Shown: one piece after another, positions 1 to 10,316 of the stretch | Layout of the letters: every line of letters starts with the position of its first letter | Position numbering within the stretch: the stretch's first letter is position 1 | From: an uncultured Verrucomicrobiae bacterium | GTDB lineage: Bacteria; Verrucomicrobiota; Verrucomicrobiia; Chthoniobacterales; JAFAMB01 | Length of the DNA stretch: 64,000 bases | Assembly (NCBI GenBank): GCA_963837955.1 | Contig: CAWIPH010000002.1 | Span: 832,001-896,000 of the forward strand | Direction: 5' to 3' | The notes under the pieces: model-generated | Told to the model about the DNA's origin: nothing | Seen by the model: the letters and a program-made list of their open reading frames with translations, nothing else | Databases searched by the model: none | Made by a program: the position numbers and the translations under genes

Positions 1-586
1 AATCCTCCCGCATGTCCTTAGTCTTAAAGAAGCTGAATTGGAGCAGCGTGTTAAGGGAAATCTGAATGTTCTGCAGCGTAGAAATCAAACTCCCCTGGGG
101 CACTGTCAAAAGGTCGGGCATCGGATCGACTGCTTCCAATCCCCCTAGAATATAGGTGGTACAGTCCGGGAAGAAGGCGTCAGCATACAAGAAGTCGGGA
201 CCGCTAAAATAATAAAGGCAGGTCTTGGAACCTCCGGAAGGGAGCATGTCGGAACGCCAAACCCTGATGTTGCTTAGCTGGCGTTGTTCCAACTGGGCAA
301 AAGCCGTGTTCATGGCAGCCGCATGCGCCTGCCAGCGGGGATCTCGCGTCAATGAGCGAAGCGAAGAGCTTTCCGATACCGGCAAGCCGGCCAAGTAGCG
401 GGCAGCGTCAGTTGCGTCGGACGATCTAGCAGTTGTGGTCGGCTGCTCTGGGGCGGTCGGGACGGCCGTTGGCTGCTGAGGTTCCGGAACACCGGGTGTC
501 GGCTCGACGTTCTGGGCGAACATCGAAGAACTAAGCAGCAGGACGAGTGCGCTTACCTGAAGCGGAATCCACGAATGTTTAAACAT
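1..586 (-). CDS. Secreted conserved hypothetical protein (partial, runs off window start)
   Basis: Manual translation from ATG at 586: MFKHSWIPLQVSALVLLLSSSMFAQ (signal peptide), Pro/Thr-rich linker, then DAARYLAGLPV...YYFSGPDFLYADAFFP...YILGGLEAV...FSFFKTKDM; open to position 1; not in supplied ORF track. Confidence 0.85.
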   Translation of the reverse strand, partial: MFKHSWIPLQVSALVLLLSSSMFAQNVEPTPGVPEPQQPTAVPTAPEQPTTTARSSDATDAARYLAGLPVSESSSLRSLTRDPRWQAHAAAMNTAFAQLEQRQLSNIRVWRSDMLPSGGSKTCLYYFSGPDFLYADAFFPDCTTYILGGLEAVDPMPDLLTVPQGSLISTLQNIQISLNTLLQFSFFKTKDMRED

Positions 587-636
587 AAGAGTGTCACAGG
601 CTTGGAAGACCGATTAACTACCGAATTTCTCAATGC

Positions 637-1998
637 TCACTGGCCGGAACTGAGAGCGTCTGTACCGGAGGGCTCCGGTAAAGGAGAATCGGTGTTGCGC
701 GAGAAGAAATAGACGATCAAGCCTGCCAATACAGTAAGCAACCCCAGGATTGACTCTGTCGGTTTTTCCAAAAGAACGCGGTACATCATGTACAGCGTCA
801 TCGCTAGGAACACCACTGGAGTTATCGGATAAAACCAAACCCGGTAAGGCCTAGTCAGGCGCGGCTCGCGAAAGCGCAACACAATCAAACCGAGAACAGT
901 GAGGAAAGAGCAAAGCAGCAGACTGAATTGAATATAAACCAAAATCGCTTCGAACGTCGAAGTGAGGATCAGCGCAGAAATGATAAAGGCTTGGAGAAGG
1001 AGCGCAACATAGGGTGTATTTTGACGGTTTGTCCGTCCGAAAAAGCGTAAGTTTTTCAGGTCGTCAGCCATCGCTTTCGTAATGCGCGAACCGATCCATG
1101 CCATCGCGCTGATCGAAGCGATCAGACCAAGGCTAATCGAGGCGCTGGCAACCTTTCCACCGATGGATCCAAAGATGGCTTCGCCGGCGATTTCACCCAC
1201 CTGAAGTTGCCCTGCTAGGGCGGCCTTGGGCGTGGTCAGCAGGAAAACGAAGTTGAGTAGTACATAGAGCACTGCGACGAATACGGTCCCGATGAAGAGC
1301 GCCCAAGGGACATTCTTGGATGGATTCCGGACCTCCCCGGTAATGTAGGAGGCCGCGTTCCAGCCCGAATACGAGTACATGACGTAGAACATACTCACCC
1401 AAAACGGACCAGAGATAATGCTAGTTAGGTCGCTGCCGCTAGGAACGAGTTGTAGGGGCTGTTTTTCGGAGACTAGGAACCCGGCTACAATGAACGCCAG
1501 GATCAACACGAGCTTTACGATCGTTGAAATATTCTGAAACGCGGCCCCGGTATGAATACCGGTCGAATGGATAATGGTAATCACCCAGACAATGGCGAGG
1601 GAGAGCAGGAGAGGCGACCCAATTGGCACGAGCGCGATGAGGTAATGGCCAAACGCCATCGCCGCTAAAGCAATCGGTGCGGCGAAACCGACTGTCGCTG
1701 AGACCCAACCCGCCATAAAGCCGACGGCGGGATGATAAATGCGCGAAAGAAAGCGATACTCTCCGCCAGATCGAGGAATAGCCGCAGCCAACTCCGCGTA
1801 ACAGAGTGCGCCGCAGAGAGCGGCCACTCCGCCGAAAATCCAGAGTGCGATCAACGCAACGTCGGAGTGGATGGAAGCAATTTGAAAACCGAGACTTGTA
1901 AAGACACCGGTGCCAATCATGTTGGCGACCACTATGTTGGTGGCGGTAAATCCGGAAATCTTCTTTTCAGTCATGCATTTGCGGCGTTCCGTTGCCAC
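637..1998 (-). CDS. APC-family amino acid permease
   Basis: ANMIGTGVF, YAEL...PRSGGEY, YSGWN...GEVRNP motifs; about 12 hydrophobic segments; true start may be MTEKK slightly downstream. Confidence 0.93.
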   Translation of the reverse strand: MATERRKCMTEKKISGFTATNIVVANMIGTGVFTSLGFQIASIHSDVALIALWIFGGVAALCGALCYAELAAAIPRSGGEYRFLSRIYHPAVGFMAGWVSATVGFAAPIALAAMAFGHYLIALVPIGSPLLLSLAIVWVITIIHSTGIHTGAAFQNISTIVKLVLILAFIVAGFLVSEKQPLQLVPSGSDLTSIISGPFWVSMFYVMYSYSGWNAASYITGEVRNPSKNVPWALFIGTVFVAVLYVLLNFVFLLTTPKAALAGQLQVGEIAGEAIFGSIGGKVASASISLGLIASISAMAWIGSRITKAMADDLKNLRFFGRTNRQNTPYVALLLQAFIISALILTSTFEAILVYIQFSLLLCSFLTVLGLIVLRFREPRLTRPYRVWFYPITPVVFLAMTLYMMYRVLLEKPTESILGLLTVLAGLIVYFFSRNTDSPLPEPSGTDALSSGQ

Positions 1999-2164
1999 TT
2001 GTTAGTCGAAGCACTCCCAGCACGCAAAACAAAAACGATTGACCACCGCCCCATGGTACAACTGCTGCACGGAGCGGAAACCGCTAAATTAACCTGGCGA
2101 GGCTCCAGGAAGTCCGGTCCATCGAGATGGCTTCACATTGCCCTTTTCTGCCCACCCGCGCTTC

Positions 2165-3016
2165 TCATTCTAGGAAAAAGTCGGCAAGCAGTTTTTGCCG
2201 CGGATCGACAGCGTAACGAGTGAAATCGGTCATTCCTGTCTCGCGGAGAACATCTTCGTCTATGCAAAATCGACCCGTAAATGCGCCGGCGTCCTTGGTT
2301 AGTATAATATGGGCTGCATCGGCGACGATTTCCGGCTTTCGGCACCGGAGCGGATCGACGCCGGGAATCATCGCCAGCGCAGCGGTCCGGATCGCGGTCT
2401 TTGGCCAAAGACAGTTGAAGGCCACACGCTCCGCTTTCCATTCAGCAGCGAGTCCGAAAGTAACCATGGCCATGGCAAACTTGGAGACCGTGTACGCCGT
2501 GTGTTGTGCGAACCAACGCGGATCGATGGAGACCGGTGGAGCTAGCGTCAACACATGAGGGTTTTCTCGACCGATCAAATAAGGAAGGCATAACTTGGCA
2601 CAGAGAAAAGTGCCGCGAGCATTGACTTGCTGCATGAGATCGTAGCGCTTGAGTTCAGTTGCATCCGCGCGTGTCAATTGGATGGCGCTCGCGTTATTAA
2701 CCAGAATGTCAATGCCCCCAAATTGCCGCGCGCATTCGGATACTGCGGCAGCAACCTGCTCTTCCGACCGGATATCCACCTGCAGTGGCAACGCCTTCCC
2801 GCCAGCGTTTTCAATTTCTTTTGCGGCGGTATAGATGGTGCCCGGCAAACGAGGATGAGGGTTCGCAGTTTTAGCGACTACGGCAATATTTGCCCCATCT
2901 TTCGCGGCGCGCAACGCGATGGCCAAACCGATGCCGCGACTCGCGCCAGTTACAAACAAGGTACGACCTTTCAAATTGGGCTGTTCCACGCCAGCTATTT
3001 TACTGCGTGTCTGCAC
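2165..3016 (-). CDS. SDR family NAD(P)-dependent oxidoreductase (HSDL2-like)
   Basis: TGASRGIG, NNASAI, YTVSK (YxxxK), LPGTIYTAA and LWPKTAI typical of this subfamily. Confidence 0.9.
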   Translation of the reverse strand: MQTRSKIAGVEQPNLKGRTLFVTGASRGIGLAIALRAAKDGANIAVVAKTANPHPRLPGTIYTAAKEIENAGGKALPLQVDIRSEEQVAAAVSECARQFGGIDILVNNASAIQLTRADATELKRYDLMQQVNARGTFLCAKLCLPYLIGRENPHVLTLAPPVSIDPRWFAQHTAYTVSKFAMAMVTFGLAAEWKAERVAFNCLWPKTAIRTAALAMIPGVDPLRCRKPEIVADAAHIILTKDAGAFTGRFCIDEDVLRETGMTDFTRYAVDPRQKLLADFFLE

Positions 3017-3142
3017 GGGAATAAAAAAGAATTGGCTTTTGGGTTTACCGAAAGTTAAAGCTCGTTGAGCGTCATTTTTGCATCATCTGCTTTCTGTTTA
3101 GCTGTCGAGGAAAGTGGAAATACCCAAGGAAGAGAAGTCGCG

Positions 3143-4435
3143 ATGGATAATCGACCGTTTTTAAAACCTGCTAGCTACCTCCTCATCGGCGTGATCAGTG
3201 CTTGCTGGGCAGGGTGTGGCAAGCAGAGTGCCGAACAGACAGCTCCGCCGCCTCCCCCGGTAACTGTAGCCAAGCCGGTAACGAAAGAGATCGTGGAATG
3301 GGATGAATACACTGGGCGGACCGACGCCGTTCAGAGTGTCAATATCACTGCGCGGGTTAGCGGCTACCTCTACAACATCACTTTTAAGGCGGGGGACATC
3401 GTCAACCAGAATGATCTTCTTTTTGTCATTGATCCCCGGCCCTACCAAGCTGCTTACGATCAGGCCAACGGACAACTGCGACAAGCAGAGGCGCAGCAAA
3501 AGCTCAATAACTTGAATCTGGCCCGGGCCGATGAGCTCCGGGCGAAGAACGTAATTGCCAAGCAGGACTACGATAATGCTGTGGCGCAAAAAAACGTGTC
3601 CGACGCGCAAGTTATCGCAGCACAGGCCGCGGTGGAATCGGCTAAGCTGAACTTAGACTTTACCGAAATTAAAGCGCCGATTACCGGCCGCATCGGCCGA
3701 GAACAGGTGACGGTCGGCAACCTGGTACAAACGGACTCGACCTTGCTCACTACGCTGGTGAGCGTCAACCCGATCTACGCCTATTTTAACGTCGATGAAC
3801 GCTCGGTGCTGAAATATCAGCAGCTAGTTAGAGAAGGTAAGCTGCCAGATCCCGCCAGTGGATCGGTCCCCGTCTACCTCCAGCTGGAAAATGAAAAAGA
3901 TTTTCCCCACAAGGGAACGATCGATTTCATCAACAACCAATTCGATCCATCAACCGGAACTCTGCAGGTCCGAGGTATATTTCCCAATGCGAATGGGTTT
4001 TTGGTGCCGGGATCTTTCGTTAGGGTCCGTGTGGCCGCGACTCCGAGGTACCAGGGTATACTCGTGACCGACCGAGCGATTGGCAGCGATCAGGGGCAGA
4101 AATTTGCCTTGATTGTGGGCGAGAACAATATGGTTGAGCTTCGGCCACTGGAACTTGGTCCAGTGGTGGATGGGCTTCGGGTTATTAGAAAAGGCCTCAC
4201 TGGAGGCGAGAATGTTATTATCAATGGGCTCGTGAACGCGCGGCCAGGTTCTAAGGTCAATCCCCAGCCGGGTGATATGAACCAGTTCACGGCCACCCAA
4301 CTCGAGTTGCAGAAAAATGTAACGGTGGAACCGGCCGCGACGGCGAAAGAAAAGCCGGGTGGAAACCAGCCGCGACCGGGACAATCGCCCAATCAGGGTA
4401 ACCAGCCGAGCGAAACGAAGCAGGGCGGCCAGTAA
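3143..4435 (+). CDS. RND efflux periplasmic adaptor (membrane fusion protein), lipoprotein
   Basis: Lipobox-like WAGC; EWDEYTGR, IDPRPY, APITGRIG, TDRAIGSDQG; start set at ATG 3143. Confidence 0.93.
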   Translation: MDNRPFLKPASYLLIGVISACWAGCGKQSAEQTAPPPPPVTVAKPVTKEIVEWDEYTGRTDAVQSVNITARVSGYLYNITFKAGDIVNQNDLLFVIDPRPYQAAYDQANGQLRQAEAQQKLNNLNLARADELRAKNVIAKQDYDNAVAQKNVSDAQVIAAQAAVESAKLNLDFTEIKAPITGRIGREQVTVGNLVQTDSTLLTTLVSVNPIYAYFNVDERSVLKYQQLVREGKLPDPASGSVPVYLQLENEKDFPHKGTIDFINNQFDPSTGTLQVRGIFPNANGFLVPGSFVRVRVAATPRYQGILVTDRAIGSDQGQKFALIVGENNMVELRPLELGPVVDGLRVIRKGLTGGENVIINGLVNARPGSKVNPQPGDMNQFTATQLELQKNVTVEPAATAKEKPGGNQPRPGQSPNQGNQPSETKQGGQ

Positions 4436-4450
4436 CGCGGGAGAGCAGTT

Positions 4451-7400
4451 ATGAAATTCTCTCACTTCTTTATCGAACGCCCGATTTTCGCGATGGTGAT
4501 TTCCATCGTAATCGTCATCGCGGGTATGTTGGCATATCTCGGATTGCCGACAGCACAATACCCTGAGATCGCGCCCCCTACGATTCAAGTCACTGCGACC
4601 TATCCCGGCGCCGATCCGAAAGTGGTCGCCGAGACCGTGGCCACACCGATCGAAGAGCAGGTCAACGGTGTCGAGAACATGCTTTACATGTCCTCGCAAT
4701 CGACCGCCGACGGCGCAATGACTCTGACAGTCACCTTCGCGCTTGGGACGAACTTAGATATCGCTCAGGTCTTGGTACAGAATCGTGTCGCCATCGCGAA
4801 CCCTCAGCTTCCGCAAACGGTCCGAGCCTTGGGTGTAACGGTGCAGAAACAGTCTCCTGACCTGATGATGGTTGTACATCTGCTCTCTCCCAAGGGTACC
4901 TATAATCAGGCGTATATTAGCAATTACGCGTTTCTTCAGGTTCGCGACGTGCTTTCCCGTCTGCTGGGGGTTGGCAATGTCAATGTCTTCGGTGCGCGTG
5001 AGTACAGCATGCGTATCTGGCTTGACCCGGACAGGATGTACTCAAGAGGTTTGACCACGGATGATATTGTCAGCGCTATCCAGGCGCAGAATATCCAAGT
5101 GGCAGCGGGACGACTTGGGGCTGAACCAGCCCCGCCGGGTACCGAACTTCAACTGACGCTCAATACGCAGGGTCGTCTCATCACGCCGGACCAATTTGGT
5201 CAAATCATTGTGAAGCGCGGCGACAATGGGCAGATTGTTTATCTGGCAGACGTCGGGCGCGTCGACCTCGGAGCCAAGGATTACAACGTTAACTCCTATC
5301 TGGACGATCAACCGGCGGTGGCGTTGGCGATTTTTCAGCTTCCAGGCTCTAACGCAGTAAAGACTGCGCATGCGGTGCGGGACACGATGAAGAATCTTTC
5401 CCAATCCTTTCCCCAAGACTTGGAGTACACCATCGTCTACGATCCGACGCAGTTCATCGAGCAATCGGTCGAAGCGGTCATCCACACGCTATTTGAAGCG
5501 GTGATTCTGGTTTTGATTGTTGTACTGGTTTTTCTGCAGACTTGGCGTGCGACCATCATTCCTCTACTGGCAGTGCCAGTTTCCCTGATTGGCACCTTTG
5601 CGGTATTGGCTGCGTTTGGTTTCTCGCTCAATAACTTGTCTCTGTTTGGACTGGTGCTCGCGATCGGGATTGTCGTCGATGATGCGATCGTGGTCGTAGA
5701 GGCAGTCGAGCATAACATCGAACTGGGTATGCCGCCCAAGGAGGCGACCGAAAAGGCGATGGACCAAGTTGGAGGTGCGGTCGTCGCGATCGCCATCGTT
5801 CTTAGCGCAGTGTTTATTCCAACTGCGTTTATTAGCGGCATTACCGGGCAGTTTTATCGTCAGTTCGCCTTAACGATCGCTGTATCAACGTTGATCTCGG
5901 CCTTTAACTCTCTGACGTTAAGTCCGGCCCTGGCCGGGTTGCTGCTGAAGCCGCGGGACGCAAAGAAAGACATTTTGACCCGGGCCTTCGATCTCGTCCT
6001 GGGCTGGTTTTTCCGTCTCTTTAACAAGACGTTTAACGCTAGCGTGAACGGCTACACCCGGGTTGTGCACCGGCTATTACGGCTCTCGGCGATCGTGTTG
6101 CTTGTCTACGTTGGCCTGTTGGTTTTGACCGGGTGGGAGTTCGACAAGACGCCTGGCGGATTCATTCCGACCCAAGACCAGGGTTATTTGATTGTATTCG
6201 CGCAGTTGCCTGACGGCGCGTCGCTCCAGAGATCGGATCAAGTGCGCAAGGAGATATCTGATATCGCTCTCAAAGTTCCAGGGGTTGCCCATACCGTGGA
6301 GTTCACCGGATTCTCCGGGCTCGATGGTACAAATCGCAATAACACGGTGACAACGTTCCTGCCGCTGGCCCCCTTCGCAGACCGGGTCAAAGATCCGAAA
6401 TTGAGCGGGCCCGGCATTACGGCGGCACTCCGCCCGAAATTTGCTCAAATCCAGGAGGCGAGAGTGCTCGTTTTTCCGCCACCGCCAGTGCGCGGAATCG
6501 GGAATGCCGGTGGATTCAAAATGCAGGTTCAGGATCGGCGCGGAGCAGGGCTGCCAGCCTTACAGGCGGCAACCGACCTTTTGATTGCCAAGGCAAGTTC
6601 CGGGCACGGTCTGGTCGGATTGTTCACGAGTTTTCGCTCCCAGGTCCCACAGCTTTACCTGAATATCGATCGGCGAAAAGCCGAGACCCTGGATGTTCCG
6701 TTGAACTCGGTATTCGACACTTTGCAAGCTTATCTGGGATCGACTTACGTCAACGATTTCAATTTTTTGAACCGGACCGATCAGGTCAACATCCAGGCGG
6801 ACGCTCCGTTTCGGGTCGAACCCGAATCAATTGGGAAGCTCTACACGCGAAATAACAAGAACCAGATGGTTCCTCTGGGCACGTTGCTCGACATCCAAGA
6901 AATCAACGGGCCGGACAAGGTGATGCATTATAACATTTATCCGTCGGCAGAAATCAACGGAAATACATTGCCAGGGGTAAGCTCGGGACAGGCTATTCAG
7001 GTGATGGACCAGCTGGCGAAGGAGAATCTGCCAAGCCAATTTGGCTTTGAATGGACGGAACTGACGCTCCAACAGATCCTGGCCGGCAACTCTTCGGTCT
7101 ACATTTTCCCGCTCTGCGTGCTCTTCGTTTTTTTGGTATTGGCTGCTCAATATGAGAGTTGGTCGCTGCCTTTGGCGATCATCCTCATTGTACCGATGTG
7201 TCTGTTTGCGGCAATTTCCGGTGTTTTGTTCAGATCAATGGACAACAACATTTTTACCCAAATTGGTTTTGTTGTCTTGGTTGGGCTGGCGTGTAAGAAC
7301 GCCATCCTCATCGTCGAATTTGCAAAGCAACAGATGGATGCCGGCCACGATCGGATGGATGCAGCGGTTGCGGCGGCCAAGCTACGTCTTCGCCCCATCT

Positions 7401-7633
7401 TAATGACTTCATTTGCATTTACTCTCGGCGTGCTGCCGCTGGTTGTAGCAGTCGGTCCCGGCGCCGAAATGCGGCAAGCGATCGGCACGGCCGTGTTCAG
7501 TGGTATGATTGGCGTCACACTGTTCGGGATCTTCCTGACTCCGGTTTTCTTTTCCGTGATCATGAAACTGTTCGGCAGTAAACCTGGTGAGAAGAGAGCG
7601 CCGGTTGAGCAGGTTCCCGTTGGTCAAAAGTAG
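4451..7633 (+). CDS. RND efflux permease (HAE1; MexF/OqxB-like)
   Basis: FFIERPIFA, GIVVDDAIVVVE, KNAILIVEFA, RLRPILMTS; 1060 aa. Confidence 0.96.
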   Translation: MKFSHFFIERPIFAMVISIVIVIAGMLAYLGLPTAQYPEIAPPTIQVTATYPGADPKVVAETVATPIEEQVNGVENMLYMSSQSTADGAMTLTVTFALGTNLDIAQVLVQNRVAIANPQLPQTVRALGVTVQKQSPDLMMVVHLLSPKGTYNQAYISNYAFLQVRDVLSRLLGVGNVNVFGAREYSMRIWLDPDRMYSRGLTTDDIVSAIQAQNIQVAAGRLGAEPAPPGTELQLTLNTQGRLITPDQFGQIIVKRGDNGQIVYLADVGRVDLGAKDYNVNSYLDDQPAVALAIFQLPGSNAVKTAHAVRDTMKNLSQSFPQDLEYTIVYDPTQFIEQSVEAVIHTLFEAVILVLIVVLVFLQTWRATIIPLLAVPVSLIGTFAVLAAFGFSLNNLSLFGLVLAIGIVVDDAIVVVEAVEHNIELGMPPKEATEKAMDQVGGAVVAIAIVLSAVFIPTAFISGITGQFYRQFALTIAVSTLISAFNSLTLSPALAGLLLKPRDAKKDILTRAFDLVLGWFFRLFNKTFNASVNGYTRVVHRLLRLSAIVLLVYVGLLVLTGWEFDKTPGGFIPTQDQGYLIVFAQLPDGASLQRSDQVRKEISDIALKVPGVAHTVEFTGFSGLDGTNRNNTVTTFLPLAPFADRVKDPKLSGPGITAALRPKFAQIQEARVLVFPPPPVRGIGNAGGFKMQVQDRRGAGLPALQAATDLLIAKASSGHGLVGLFTSFRSQVPQLYLNIDRRKAETLDVPLNSVFDTLQAYLGSTYVNDFNFLNRTDQVNIQADAPFRVEPESIGKLYTRNNKNQMVPLGTLLDIQEINGPDKVMHYNIYPSAEINGNTLPGVSSGQAIQVMDQLAKENLPSQFGFEWTELTLQQILAGNSSVYIFPLCVLFVFLVLAAQYESWSLPLAIILIVPMCLFAAISGVLFRSMDNNIFTQIGFVVLVGLACKNAILIVEFAKQQMDAGHDRMDAAVAAAKLRLRPILMTSFAFTLGVLPLVVAVGPGAEMRQAIGTAVFSGMIGVTLFGIFLTPVFFSVIMKLFGSKPGEKRAPVEQVPVGQK

Positions 7634-7677
7634 GCGTCGCTGTATCTTCTGGAGGAATGGAGGTATCATAATTCACT

Positions 7678-8361
7678 ATGAGTCAGACCGGCATTCGCAC
7701 CGACGCCGATTGCGCTCATCGATTTATTTCGGCCGACCAGGCAGAACCGGGCCCGGAGCCTGCCCTGGTTCTTCTCCACGATTCCGGTGCGAACGAGGAG
7801 CAGCTGCTTTCGATCGCGGAAGTCTGGACGCGCAATCATCGAAGCAATGTGCTGAGCCTCCGGGGATGGTTTCCCTATAATGAAGGGTATTCCTTCTTGG
7901 GGAGCCCGAACGACTCAATTTGTAAGGAGACCTGTTTCATCGAAAGGGCTGACCGGATCTCAACGTTTCTCCAGTGGGCAGTCAGTGAGTACGACCTTAA
8001 CCCAGGACGAATCGTCGTATTCGGGATGGGTGATGGAGCTACTCTGGCCGCTTCTCTCCTTTTTGTGCATTCCGAACTGTTGGGTGGTGCGGTTTTAATT
8101 CGACCCAGATCTCCGTTTCGGCCGAAGCCGCTGCCCGCACTTCCGTGTTATCCAATCCTCCTCGTTACCGGCCAGCGCGAGTCTGCTGATTTTCAATCTG
8201 AAGCCAACGAGCTGGCTGATCTGCTGTTCCAATGCGGTTGTAGCGTCCGGCGGGCGCGAGCGCCTCTCGATCACCGCTTTGAAGCCAAGGTGATCCGCGC
8301 CGGCAGCGCTTGGTATCGCAAAGTCTCGTCGGTCGACATTTCTATCGAATGCGCGATCTGA
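7678..8361 (+). CDS. Phospholipase/carboxylesterase-like alpha/beta hydrolase, apparently catalytically degenerate
   Basis: LVLLHDSGANE...SLRG...YDLNPGRIVVFGMGDGATLAASLLF resembles LLHGxGGNE...GFSNGA family but lacks the nucleophile Ser. Confidence 0.65.
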   Translation: MSQTGIRTDADCAHRFISADQAEPGPEPALVLLHDSGANEEQLLSIAEVWTRNHRSNVLSLRGWFPYNEGYSFLGSPNDSICKETCFIERADRISTFLQWAVSEYDLNPGRIVVFGMGDGATLAASLLFVHSELLGGAVLIRPRSPFRPKPLPALPCYPILLVTGQRESADFQSEANELADLLFQCGCSVRRARAPLDHRFEAKVIRAGSAWYRKVSSVDISIECAI

Positions 8362-8613
8362 GGTGAGCTTAGGTAGGGCGAAAACCTCGGCGCGCCCTGA
8401 GGCTACTATTTTGTCCATGTGGTTCGCGCCGGGTTTGAGCCACGCGCTTTCTCGATCTGTGTTGCGTCTCGTCGCTGCGTTCATTCAGTGCGGCATGAAG
8501 ATGGGCGAGGGGATAGGGAGCGATCGCGCGTCGTTAAATTTGCCTTGTGGTTTTTTTCCCGATGAGGAAAATCCCGAGCGGGTTTTATCATCGAGTCGAT
8601 AGAAGTCTTTATC

Positions 8614-9621
8614 ATGAAAGTAGCAGTTCTTTTCGGCGGTAATAGTTCGGAACGTGATGTGTCGATTGCGAGTGGTGCTCAGGTAGCGAAGGCGTTGCGC
8701 GACGCGGGCCATCGCGTGATTGCTGTTGATACATTTCGCGGTGTTTTATCGGACTTAGAACAGCAGAGCTTACTTACTCGCGGCGTTGCTCCAGCCCCGC
8801 CCACCGAGCAAGAGCTCCAGGTGGTCCGGGCAAAAACCGGCGGAATCGTCCAAGCCTCATACTTCGGCGATGCGGACGTCGTCTTTCTCGCATTGCACGG
8901 CGGAACGGGTGAAGATGGAACTATCCAATCGGTGTTTTCTGCTGCGGGGATCTTGTACACCGGGAGCGACCATGTGGGCAGCGCCGCCGCCATGGATAAA
9001 GATTTGGCAAAACGATTGTTCACTGCGACTGGTGTCCCAACGCCTAAGTGGCTGATGGCCCCGGTAAATTCCGAAGACGCTTGTGCAGGACTTGGTCTTC
9101 CTTTGGTAGTTAAGCCGAACAAGCAAGGATCCACGGTCGGATTATCAGTAGTCAAAAGGCCGGAAGATTTACCTGCTGCGATCGCGGAAGCTTATCGGCA
9201 CGACGACGAAGTGATGCTTGAGGAGTTTATTCCTGGCCGCGAGTTCACGGTCGGAATTCTGGGAGAGCGCGCCTTGGCAGTGGGCGAAATTATCCCGAAG
9301 TTGTCAGACATTTTCGATTACGAAAGCAAGTATCAACCCGGTGGCGCTGAAGAGATTTTTCCGGCTGACATCTCTTCCGAAGCTACTGCGGAAATGCAAA
9401 GGCTTGGCCTCCGCGCTCATCGCGCGCTAAAGCTGCGCGATTATAGTCGAGCCGATTTTCGAATGGATGCGAACGGAAAAATCTGGTGTCTGGAGGTAAA
9501 CACTCTGCCCGGCATGACTGCCCAAAGTCTACTTCCGAAATCGGCGGCGGCGGTCGGTATCTCGTTTCCTGCTCTCTGTGATGAGATTTGCCGGCTGGCG
9601 CTCGCGGGCAAAAAGCGCTAA
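8614..9621 (+). CDS. ddl: D-alanine--D-alanine ligase
   Basis: FGGNSSERDVS, LHGGTGEDG, AMDK, KPNKQGST, FDYESKY, EVNTLPGMT. Confidence 0.96.
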   Translation: MKVAVLFGGNSSERDVSIASGAQVAKALRDAGHRVIAVDTFRGVLSDLEQQSLLTRGVAPAPPTEQELQVVRAKTGGIVQASYFGDADVVFLALHGGTGEDGTIQSVFSAAGILYTGSDHVGSAAAMDKDLAKRLFTATGVPTPKWLMAPVNSEDACAGLGLPLVVKPNKQGSTVGLSVVKRPEDLPAAIAEAYRHDDEVMLEEFIPGREFTVGILGERALAVGEIIPKLSDIFDYESKYQPGGAEEIFPADISSEATAEMQRLGLRAHRALKLRDYSRADFRMDANGKIWCLEVNTLPGMTAQSLLPKSAAAVGISFPALCDEICRLALAGKKR

Positions 9622-9632
9622 GACGGTTCCCC

Positions 9633-10070
9633 ATGACCTGGTGGGGATACGCATTACTCTCTGCTGCATGCTGGGGCCTGCAGTACGTACTGATGGAGAC
9701 TCTGTTCCGAAGAGTCGACTTTGCCGCAGCGTTCTCGTTTCTTAGCCTGGCAAACGGCATTTTTGTCGCCGCAATTCTCTGGGTTCTCTATCCTCGTCAA
9801 AACTGGGCGAAGCTAGCCGAGAATTGGTCGATGATCGGTCTAATCGTCCTGTATCTTGTTTTCGGCACCGGTGCGTATCTTTTTAATGCGCTAGCGATCA
9901 ATCAGAAGAACGCAACTCTGGCCTCTCTTCTGGAAATCAGCTATCCGCTCTTCATCATACTCTTCACCGCACTTTTCTTTCGCCAAATTCATCTGAACCT
10001 GGTCGGGATGATCGGAGCGGTGCTGATTTTCATGGGCTGCATTCTAGTCGTCTTTAGTCGAGCGGGTTGA
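9633..10070 (+). CDS. EamA/DMT family small membrane transporter
   Basis: About 5 TM helices, NATLASLLEISYPLFI motif; ATG at 9633. Confidence 0.8.
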   Translation: MTWWGYALLSAACWGLQYVLMETLFRRVDFAAAFSFLSLANGIFVAAILWVLYPRQNWAKLAENWSMIGLIVLYLVFGTGAYLFNALAINQKNATLASLLEISYPLFIILFTALFFRQIHLNLVGMIGAVLIFMGCILVVFSRAG

Positions 10071-10313
10071 GAAACGCCGAGAAAACGCCGACAACGCCGG
10101 GAGCGCCGGGAACGCCGGGAACGCCGGCATCACCGAGAACGTCGATAATCGCGAACGCTAAAACGGTGATTAATGAGAAGTAACAATCAACTTTGGTTGT
10201 TTGGTGGAGAAAGGAATACGAGGCAAACGACTTGTTGCAGGCGCGCTTCATTCGCTCCCGGCGATGACGGCGTTCCCGGCGTTGTCGGCGTTTTCTCGGC
10301 GTTCCCGGCGTTT
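10071..10313. repeat. Inverted pair of 9-bp tandem-repeat arrays (AACGCCGGG family)
   Basis: 30-bp exact inverted repeat 10073-10102 / 10274-10303 inside arrays of aacgccggg-like units, between convergent genes. Confidence 0.9.
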
Positions 10314-10316
10314 AAA

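Noticed and set aside
4400..4435. RND adaptor ends in ...KQGGQ, like the Pup C-terminus, 8 kb from a PafA-like gene
   Set aside because: It is a periplasmic lipoprotein with a G/Q/P-rich tail, lacks the Pup helical motif and is in the wrong compartment; likely chance
10071..10313. Repeat arrays as a CRISPR array
   Set aside because: 9-bp tandem units without regular unique spacers; no cas genes
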